Origin: a virus
Length of the DNA stretch: 11,270 nucleotides
Virus record (IMG/VR): IMGVR_UViG_3300045988_037349
Reading direction: 5' to 3' (one strand)
The notes below the pieces were generated by a model. The model saw only the letters and a list, made by a program, of their open reading frames with translations, was not told where the DNA came from and did no database searches. Made by a program: the position numbers and the translations under genes. This document shows positions 5,749 to 11,270 of this stretch, in pieces (within the stretch, counting starts at the first letter, position 1; the number at the start of each line of letters is the position of its first letter).

Positions 5749-5955
5749 ATGGATATTACACAAGTCACCCAAATAATTTCGAATGTTGGTTTTCCGATTG
5801 CTATGTGTCTAATAGTATTTTACTACATGACAAAGCACGATGAGCAGCATAAGGAAGAAACCGACAACCTACGTACTACCTTAGAGGATAATACCAAGGT
5901 ATTGAGCGAGTTAAGTACCCTAATTAAAACGTTGACGAATGGCAAAGAAAGATAA
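5749..5955 (+). CDS. Small single-pass membrane protein, YvrJ-like; candidate holin (68 aa)
   Basis: The N-terminus IISNVGFPIAMCLIVFYYM resembles the YvrJ family signature (xxNxGFPI plus a TM helix). The C-terminal tail is charged and looks coiled-coil. It overlaps the portal start by 17 nt. Confidence 0.6.
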   Translation: MDITQVTQIISNVGFPIAMCLIVFYYMTKHDEQHKEETDNLRTTLEDNTKVLSELSTLIKTLTNGKER

Positions 5956-6973
5956 CTTGTACCTAAAGTACCAAGAACAGATAAAAGACAAAGATAAAAG
6001 CGTAAATGGCTACATTCGCAAAATGTTAGCCATAACACAAGCAATGTTTGTTTACAAAGGTTTGCCCGAAACATTACCACAGAACACCCTTGAAAACCTA
6101 CTACAGACAAACGGCAATGTTTTTGTTACTGAGGTAGAAGGCAAATTATACGCTTTTAGTGGTGGCCTTGGAGGTGTCCCCAACGCGTACAATGAGGCAA
6201 CCGAATATATTGTAAGTAACCCCTATTTGAAACTCAACAAGTCGTACAAAATAGACGTTGAGGGCGTATTAATTAAAAACGATAGTGGCGCAAATAGCCT
6301 TTTGCCTATTTTTGGCAAATATGGTGTGTTGTGTAGTGATACGCTTGTGTCTCTTAACACATGCTCTGTTCTGTCTCGTATCACTATGTTAATAAGTGCG
6401 AGCGATGACAAGACAAAGCAAAGCGCGGACGATTTTGTAAATAAAATCATGCAGGGCGATTTTTCGGTAATTGGCGAAAACGCATTTTTCAAGGGCGTAA
6501 ACCTGCAAAGTATCAACACACAAAGCGCGAACCAAATAACGCAATTAATTGAGTTATTACAGTACTTCAAGGCGTCTGCATTCAACGAAATAGGCCTAAA
6601 CGCAAACTATAATTTAAAGCGAGAGCGGTTAAACACAAGTGAAGTACAAATGAATGTAGACGCCCTCAACCCTTATGTAGATAATATGTTGCAAGAGCGC
6701 AAAAAGGCAGTAGACAAGATAAACGCCATGTTTGACACTGAAATTAGTGTCGAGTTGGGTAGTAGTTGGGCTATACGCAAAGAAGAAAACAAAACCGAAA
6801 ACGAAGAAAATGAAGATAATAAAAATAATACTTCTGATAGTGGCGAAAGTGCTACTGAACAGAAAGAAGAGGAAGTAACAGAAACGGAAACCGAAATCGA
6901 AACGGACAAAGAAACGGACGAAGAAAAGGAACCCGAAACGGACAAAGAAACGGAAGAAAATGAAAATAATTGA
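5939..6973 (+). CDS. Portal / head-tail connector, phi29 gp10 family, with about 65-aa acidic C-terminal extension (344 aa)
   Basis: Blocks are collinear with my recollection of gp10: FVYKGLPETLPQNTLENLL vs FEWENLPPTINPSFLEKSI; FSGGLGGVPNAYNEATEYIVSNP vs [29 protein letters not shown] vs GVVIYNND; FNEIGLNANYNLKRERLNTSEV vs [20 protein letters not shown]. Confidence 0.85.
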   Translation: MAKKDNLYLKYQEQIKDKDKSVNGYIRKMLAITQAMFVYKGLPETLPQNTLENLLQTNGNVFVTEVEGKLYAFSGGLGGVPNAYNEATEYIVSNPYLKLNKSYKIDVEGVLIKNDSGANSLLPIFGKYGVLCSDTLVSLNTCSVLSRITMLISASDDKTKQSADDFVNKIMQGDFSVIGENAFFKGVNLQSINTQSANQITQLIELLQYFKASAFNEIGLNANYNLKRERLNTSEVQMNVDALNPYVDNMLQERKKAVDKINAMFDTEISVELGSSWAIRKEENKTENEENEDNKNNTSDSGESATEQKEEEVTETETEIETDKETDEEKEPETDKETEENENN

Positions 6974-7529
6974 CCTATACCCCGACCCTAAAAAGGGGCT
7001 ATTTACCGCGGTATTTAAGCCCAACTATCCAACGGAATACGCCGCAATATTTGGCGACCTTGATAGTGTGGGGCTTGATACGCTTGTACTACTCAACTAC
7101 AGCGAGCGAGAGTGTATAAACACCATAACACAAGCAAACGCCAACGAGTATATAAAAAATATCATTGCGTTGAGTGTTAATAATTGGGTACGCGTGGCGA
7201 GTGCCTATAACGCTCAATATGATGTACTTAAACCCGTACAGCAGCAAACAACGAGAGAAGATGAGACCACCGAAAGTGCGAACAATAACAACACAAATGT
7301 TTCGTCTAATAAGCCATACAACGAAACAGATTTTGTAGAGTACGACAAAGATAGTACCACGTACGACAATACACGTACTAACAATGTTGTAAGCACACAA
7401 AAGGTTGTAGGCCTTGGCTCAAAATCACCCACGGACGAACTAACAAAAGAAATAGAATTTAATTTGCAGAATTGGCGAAAAAGCATTATTTTTGCTATTA
7501 TAAATGATATAACTAAATCAATATATTAA
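6960..7529 (+). CDS. Virion-associated protein of unknown role (189 aa); candidate lower collar/adaptor or scaffold
   Basis: It sits between the portal and capsid genes and overlaps the portal by 14 nt. The centre is an N/T-rich low-complexity segment. No motif recognised, so the role is inferred from position only. Confidence 0.4.
   Translation: MKIIDLYPDPKKGLFTAVFKPNYPTEYAAIFGDLDSVGLDTLVLLNYSERECINTITQANANEYIKNIIALSVNNWVRVASAYNAQYDVLKPVQQQTTREDETTESANNNNTNVSSNKPYNETDFVEYDKDSTTYDNTRTNNVVSTQKVVGLGSKSPTDELTKEIEFNLQNWRKSIIFAIINDITKSIY
7463..7494 (+). promoter_or_regulatory. Bacteroidota-type promoter for the major capsid gene, embedded in the upstream CDS
   Basis: TTTG (7463..7466), then a 20-nt spacer, then TATTTTTG (7487..7494). 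This is a full consensus. The -7 box ends 39 nt upstream of the ATG at 7534, with an AT-rich leader. Confidence 0.65.
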
Positions 7530-7533
7530 TTTT

Positions 7534-8706
7534 ATGAACGTAAAACAGATTTACACCCTTGTAAACTCAGTATCTAAAGAGGTTTTAGGTACTGAGGAAC
7601 TAGTAAGCGAGGATTTAACAGGGCTTGTCGACCTTGGCAACGAAGTTTTTAATCAAAACGCGGTAGACAATTACGTTAAATCTCTTGTTAACCATATTGG
7701 TAAGGTGGTTTTTGTAAATCGCCCCTATGCTGGTAAAATTCCGTCTGTACTTATGGACGCTTGGGAATTTGGTTCCGTGCTCGAAAAGATTAGTGCAGAC
7801 TTACCCGAAGCCGTTGAAAATAAAACGTGGGAGTTAACCGACGGGGTGGATTACTCACAAGATGTATTTCATAAGCCAAAAGTTACAGCTAAATTTTTTA
7901 ATAGCAAGGTAACTTTTGAGGTTCCCGTATCTATCACCGAGCGACAAGTTAAGGAGAGTTTCAGCAACGCTGAGCAACTTAACGCATTTCTTTCGATGAT
8001 TTATAACGCGGTGGAGAAGTCCATTACCATTAAGACGGACGCGTTAATTATGCGCACTATTAACAATATGATTGCGCAAACTTTACTCGCTGATAGCGCG
8101 GCCTTTGGCGGTGATGCTGCACCCGACTACACAAGCGCAAGTACCGCTCGTTGCGTTAACTTGCTAAAGTTGTACAACGATAACAAAGGTACTACTTTGA
8201 CCGCTGAAAAGGCACTGACCGACCCCGATTTCATCAAGTTTGCAAGTTATACTATCGGCTTGTACACTGATAGACTTGCAAGTATTTCGAGCGTCTTTAA
8301 TATTGGGGGTAAGCCACGATTTACGCCGCGCGAAAACTTGCACGTTGTGTTACTGTCAGATTTCGAGAAAGCCGCCCGCGCGTATCTCTACAGCGATACA
8401 TACAACAAAGAGCAAGTATTATTACCGAATGCCGAAAGTGTTCCATTTTGGCAGGGTAGCGGAACAAAGTACGATTTTGCAAGCACGGCACATATCAACA
8501 TTAATGAGACTGGCGGAAAACCCGTTAAGATTAGCGGTGTACTTGGTGTTATGTTCGACCGTGACGCATTAGGCGTTTGCAACCTCAACCGCCGCGTTAC
8601 TACTAACTACAACGCAAAGGCGGAGTTCTTCAACAATTACTACAAGTTTGACGCTGGCTATTTCAATGACACTAACGAAAATTTCGTAGTTTTCTTTGTC
8701 GCTTAA
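7534..8706 (+). CDS. Major capsid protein, phi29 gp8 family (HK97 fold), 390 aa
   Basis: Blocks are collinear with my recollection of gp8: [19 protein letters not shown] vs [40 protein letters not shown] vs [30 protein letters not shown] vs [23 protein letters not shown] vs LEAVLVDKDWFMV. A dedicated promoter and a strong terminator flank it, as expected for the most abundant virion protein. Confidence 0.85.
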   Translation: [390 protein letters not shown]

Positions 8707-8725
8707 TTAGTTAATATTGCGGCTC

Positions 8726-8760
8726 AAGGTGGTGTAATATACACCACCTTTTTTAATTTT
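8726..8760 (+). terminator. Rho-independent terminator or attenuator after the capsid gene
   Basis: Perfect 11-bp stem AAGGTGGTGTA (8726..8736) / TACACCACCTT (8740..8750) with a 3-nt loop. TTTTAATTTT follows, so with the TT closing the stem the U-tract has 6 T. Confidence 0.85.
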
Positions 8761-8766
8761 ACTACT

Positions 8767-9207
8767 ATGATACTATATAACTATAAGGGACAACCTAACA
8801 CGATTAACAAAGCGCTTACCCCATTAGGCACTATTAACGTTGCTTTGCGCCCCGAACTAAATGTACATAATCCAACGTTAAAAATACAAATGCCCCCTAA
8901 TATATACGGGTTTAATTACGTTTACTTGGAGGATTTCAGAAAGTACTACTTTGTAGACAATTTTAGATACGTAGGAGGTAATACGTGTTTACTTACTTTG
9001 TCGCTTGATGTACTACAGACGTACCAAGATGTAATACTACAAAGTACCGCGTTAATAGTGGAGAGCGACCACGCAAACCGCGATTTGTCTGTAAATAGCA
9101 ATGTTTTTGACGTTTTCCCTAAAACAGATATTTTGCGGTTTCCTACTTCTAACCTTTTCGATAAGAAGGGCAGCATAATAATGGTAACACTAAAAGGTAA
9201 TAAATAG
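8767..9207 (+). CDS. Tail knob N-terminal-domain homologue (phi29 gp9 N-terminus-like), 146 aa
   Basis: FNYVYLEDFRKYYFVDNFRYVGGNTCLLTLSLDVLQTYQDVILQSTALIVE runs parallel to my recollection of the gp9 N-terminus: [56 protein letters not shown]. Confidence 0.6.
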   Translation: MILYNYKGQPNTINKALTPLGTINVALRPELNVHNPTLKIQMPPNIYGFNYVYLEDFRKYYFVDNFRYVGGNTCLLTLSLDVLQTYQDVILQSTALIVESDHANRDLSVNSNVFDVFPKTDILRFPTSNLFDKKGSIIMVTLKGNK

Positions 9208-9208
9208 T

Positions 9209-11059
9209 ATGGCAGATTATGTTTTGGGTAATTTGGTTAATGATATACCAAATACCACACTAACACAGCGAGACACAGGTAAAACGGAAACGGACAACCA
9301 AGGAGTTACACGCACAATTACAGAAATTACAATAACTTGTGATGATGGGTTCTACTCGCTTAAAGATTGGCAAAACGATTTAAATGGGAAATTTACGTAT
9401 AATGACGCTTTAACGAGTGGCACGCAAGAAGTAAAAACAAAGGTAAACAACTTAAATGTAGGGTGGACTTTCAGCGGCTCTACAAACGCGCTGCCTAACG
9501 TAACAAATAACATAGAGAATACCACCTACAAAATAAGCAAAGCACAACAAGACGTAAGTGTTAACGTTATAGTTGTGACAGCTAACGCAGGGTATCAGTT
9601 TGACGATCCGCCAACGTGCAAATATACTGACGGGTTCGGAGGTGACGCAACAGCAAAAGGTGTTATAAGTCAAAACAAACAAAGCGCAACTTTTACGATA
9701 GAAGACGCCTACAACAAGCGGCCTAACTTCGTTCTAATTGGTGACGTTGTGGAAGGTACGCCAACGATTACCATAACAAATAACTTAGACGGCACAAACG
9801 CTACATATACATACGATAACGGCACTTTTAACATAACAATTAAAGGTACAAACAGCGGCTATGTTATACAAGTGGCCAACGTAACGTACAAAGATAACGG
9901 GGGTGTTTCGCATACTGATAACATGACAATTGCGAGCAGCGACACCGCAACTATCGCATTAACAAATGTAGACACCGCTACACCCGTTGTTATTAATGGC
10001 ACTTACATTAAGGCGATACCCGTAAAAAACACCCTATATAATTGTACGGCCGAAAATATACCAACATATTATACCGCTACCGACAAAGTTAATGTTACAC
10101 TACAAGCAAATGAGGGTAGTAAGTTTACAAGCGAGACAGACCCACCCGAAATAAGATATACTGACGAGTTCGGGGGTGTACAATATAAACGTTTTACGCT
10201 AAGCGATGAAGGCAAACGGGGTAGCATAACACTTGACATTGCAACCGAATGCCCCAAAACTGAGTACATCGAATTTCGTGGAGGGGCAAAAGTTGATGTA
10301 CAGCCAAGCATTAAAAATTATGGTGCTATCAATGTGTATGTAGTTACGCTTGACAACCTCGAAGCGTTTAGCAAAAAACGTTACTTCACAGAAAGCGGCA
10401 CTTTTATTACCTATGAACAAGACCTAAGCGAGTATGTGAACAGAATTAAGCGTATTTATACACATATACCAACAAAAGGCACTGACCGAATAAAATGCGG
10501 CAACTACGATACCGAGATAAACGCAGATTTGCCCGAAAAGGATATAATAACGCTTGATTTTGGCAGTATCACGATACCACGCAAAGATAATACCACACTT
10601 GATAAAGATATGATAATCGAGGTATTTTTGCCGTTCGTGGGTATTGTTTCGCTTTCTTCTGACTACGTTGGTAAATCTGTAAAATTGGTGTACGATATAA
10701 ATGTAATTAGCGGTGACGGGGTTTGTAAATTGTTGGATAATAACGATTTACCGATACAATTACATAACGTACAACCTAATACCGATGTACTTTACACTAC
10801 TTACGACACGTCCGTAATAGGTAACGATAGGTGGGACGCACAAAATTTATATGGCTTTGAGCCGTTTGTGAGGCTGAATTACTACACCAATGAGTACAGC
10901 GATACACGCGGCAACGACTACAAAAAAGTTGTACTTTCGCACTGTGCAAAAGGTTTTTACAAGTTCGATGAGATTGTAAATAATGATATAGACAACGTAC
11001 CAAAAAGTGAGTACACCGAAATTGTTAATTTATTGCAAAGCGGTGTGTTTATAGATTAA
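9209..11059 (+). CDS. Tail protein (616 aa): about four tandem beta-rich repeat modules plus a gp9-like tail knob C-terminal region; probable receptor-binding component
   Basis: It starts 1 nt after the upstream stop. The repeat motif is DPPxx[KR]YTD[GE]FGG, seen as DDPPTCKYTDGFGG and TDPPEIRYTDEFGG. The C-terminal segments IEVFLPFVGIVSLSSDYVGKSVKLVYDINVISGDG and EYTEIVNLLQSGVFID resemble my recollection of gp9 segments [23 protein letters not shown] and DLQEIRTIFDNGITLW. Confidence 0.6.
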   Translation: MADYVLGNLVNDIPNTTLTQRDTGKTETDNQGVTRTITEITITCDDGFYSLKDWQNDLNGKFTYNDALTSGTQEVKTKVNNLNVGWTFSGSTNALPNVTNNIENTTYKISKAQQDVSVNVIVVTANAGYQFDDPPTCKYTDGFGGDATAKGVISQNKQSATFTIEDAYNKRPNFVLIGDVVEGTPTITITNNLDGTNATYTYDNGTFNITIKGTNSGYVIQVANVTYKDNGGVSHTDNMTIASSDTATIALTNVDTATPVVINGTYIKAIPVKNTLYNCTAENIPTYYTATDKVNVTLQANEGSKFTSETDPPEIRYTDEFGGVQYKRFTLSDEGKRGSITLDIATECPKTEYIEFRGGAKVDVQPSIKNYGAINVYVVTLDNLEAFSKKRYFTESGTFITYEQDLSEYVNRIKRIYTHIPTKGTDRIKCGNYDTEINADLPEKDIITLDFGSITIPRKDNTTLDKDMIIEVFLPFVGIVSLSSDYVGKSVKLVYDINVISGDGVCKLLDNNDLPIQLHNVQPNTDVLYTTYDTSVIGNDRWDAQNLYGFEPFVRLNYYTNEYSDTRGNDYKKVVLSHCAKGFYKFDEIVNNDIDNVPKSEYTEIVNLLQSGVFID

Positions 11060-11065
11060 CGGCCT

Positions 11066-11082
11066 ATGCAAATAGCGTGCCA
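11066..11082 (-). promoter_or_regulatory. Sigma-54-type consensus match, right-end internal copy (minus strand, facing inward)
   Basis: The reverse complement reads TGGCACG-CTAT-TTGCAT. The full 24-mer TTTGGCACGCTATTTGCATAGGCC differs from left copy 1 by a single base. Confidence 0.35.
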
Positions 11083-11107
11083 AATGTTTTTGGTACGCTA
11101 TTTTTTT
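11073..11107 (+). terminator. Rho-independent terminator after the last gene
   Basis: 12-bp stem TAGCGTGCCAAA (11073..11084) / TTTGGTACGCTA (11089..11100) with one G-U wobble and a 4-nt loop. Seven T follow (11101..11107). The left arm is part of the right-end internal 21-mer copy. Confidence 0.75.
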
Positions 11108-11116
11108 GTTTATTCG

Positions 11117-11270
11117 TGGAGGTTTGGCACGGCCTATGCAAAAAGCGTGCCAAACTCTGTTGGCGAATGTTAAAAATGTGTTGGGAAATGTTAAAAAGGG
11201 GGTCGTTGTGCATATTTCTTCTTGATATTCATATTCGTATTCTTTGGATGTTGATGTTTATTTACTCTTA
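11117..11270. repeat. Right inverted terminal repeat (154 bp, perfect)
   Basis: Exact reverse complement of 1..154. Together with a protein-primed PolB, this is the classic architecture of terminal-protein-capped linear genomes. Confidence 0.97.
11136..11152 (-). promoter_or_regulatory. Sigma-54-type consensus match, right ITR copy (minus strand, facing inward)
   Basis: This is the ITR mirror image of 119..135. It lies 70 bp from the right-end internal copy, against 71 bp between the two left-end copies. Confidence 0.35.

Noticed and set aside
8240-8572. 110-aa + strand ORF in an alternative frame inside the capsid gene.
   Set aside because: It is fully nested in the well-supported gp8-like frame. 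Its composition (Cys/Arg/His/Leu-rich) looks non-protein-like and it has no independent start context.
9190-9211. Possible programmed frameshift fusing the 146-aa and 616-aa tail ORFs.
   Set aside because: The downstream frame is open for only five codons before the ATG, because of a TAA at 9191..9193. There is no slippery heptamer or obvious stimulatory structure. Simple termination and reinitiation coupling explains the 1-nt gap. A sequencing indel remains possible and is flagged in the findings.
1381-10630. Other TAnnTTTG matches inside coding regions: 1381..1388, 3425..3432, 3433..3440, 4462..4469, 5292..5299 and 10623..10630.
   Set aside because: Most lack a TTTG or TTG -33 element at 19-21 nt. 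The exception is 10623, which has cTTG at 21 nt but no downstream gene to serve. In AT-rich sequence this 6-specified-base motif is expected by chance several times.
584-11003. All minus-strand ORFs in the track (for example 584..835, 2096..2431, 3200..3523, 5079..5480, 6629..7024, 7089..7400, 10797..11003).
   Set aside because: Each lies wholly antisense to a + strand gene that has strong motif support or is tightly packed. Their translations are low-complexity and Cys/Leu/Ser/Phe-rich, typical of shadow frames opposite an A-rich coding strand. None has its own promoter-like signal.
1-11270. Lysogeny module, tRNA, CRISPR array, transposase or defence system.
   Set aside because: No integrase, repressor or recombinase motifs, no cloverleaf-like sequences and no spaced direct-repeat arrays were seen. 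The coding capacity is fully accounted for by the 13 ORFs.
1-11270. Stop-codon reassignment, such as TGA=Trp in Mycoplasma phages or TAG recoding in some gut phages.
   Set aside because: TAA, TAG and TGA all end well-delimited genes: TGA at 1153..1155, 2382..2384 and 6971..6973; TAG at 870..872 and 9205..9207. The conserved proteins are full-length under the standard code.

Overview
The window reads as a complete, self-contained linear dsDNA phage genome of 11,270 bp. It is bounded by perfect 154-bp inverted terminal repeats (ITRs) that run to the exact window ends. All 13 credible genes are on the + strand and tightly packed, and form a stripped-down phi29-like (protein-primed podovirus) set. 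It starts with five small early ORFs, one of which resembles the phi29 p5 ssDNA-binding protein. Next come a candidate terminal protein translationally coupled to a protein-primed family-B DNA polymerase, a gp16-type encapsidation ATPase, and a YvrJ-like small membrane protein. The virion genes are a gp10-type portal with a long acidic tail, a 189-aa structural ORF, a gp8-type major capsid protein, and a gp9-type tail knob that appears split into 146-aa and 616-aa ORFs, the larger carrying about four inserted tandem beta-rich repeats. No endolysin, integrase, tRNA or CRISPR is visible. The non-coding signals are the most unusual part. A 21-mer that perfectly matches the sigma-54 -24/-12 consensus occurs four times, two at each end and all facing inward. 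The ITR also carries 21-bp tandem repeats and a 10-bp dyad. A CACGTG-centred 14-bp palindrome family occurs three times. Two terminator hairpins are each followed by the same 12-mer and then an ATG. Three Bacteroidota-type -33/-7 promoters are present and Shine-Dalgarno sites are essentially absent, which suggests a Bacteroidota host for a phi29-like virus. All homology calls come from motif recognition by eye and need database confirmation.
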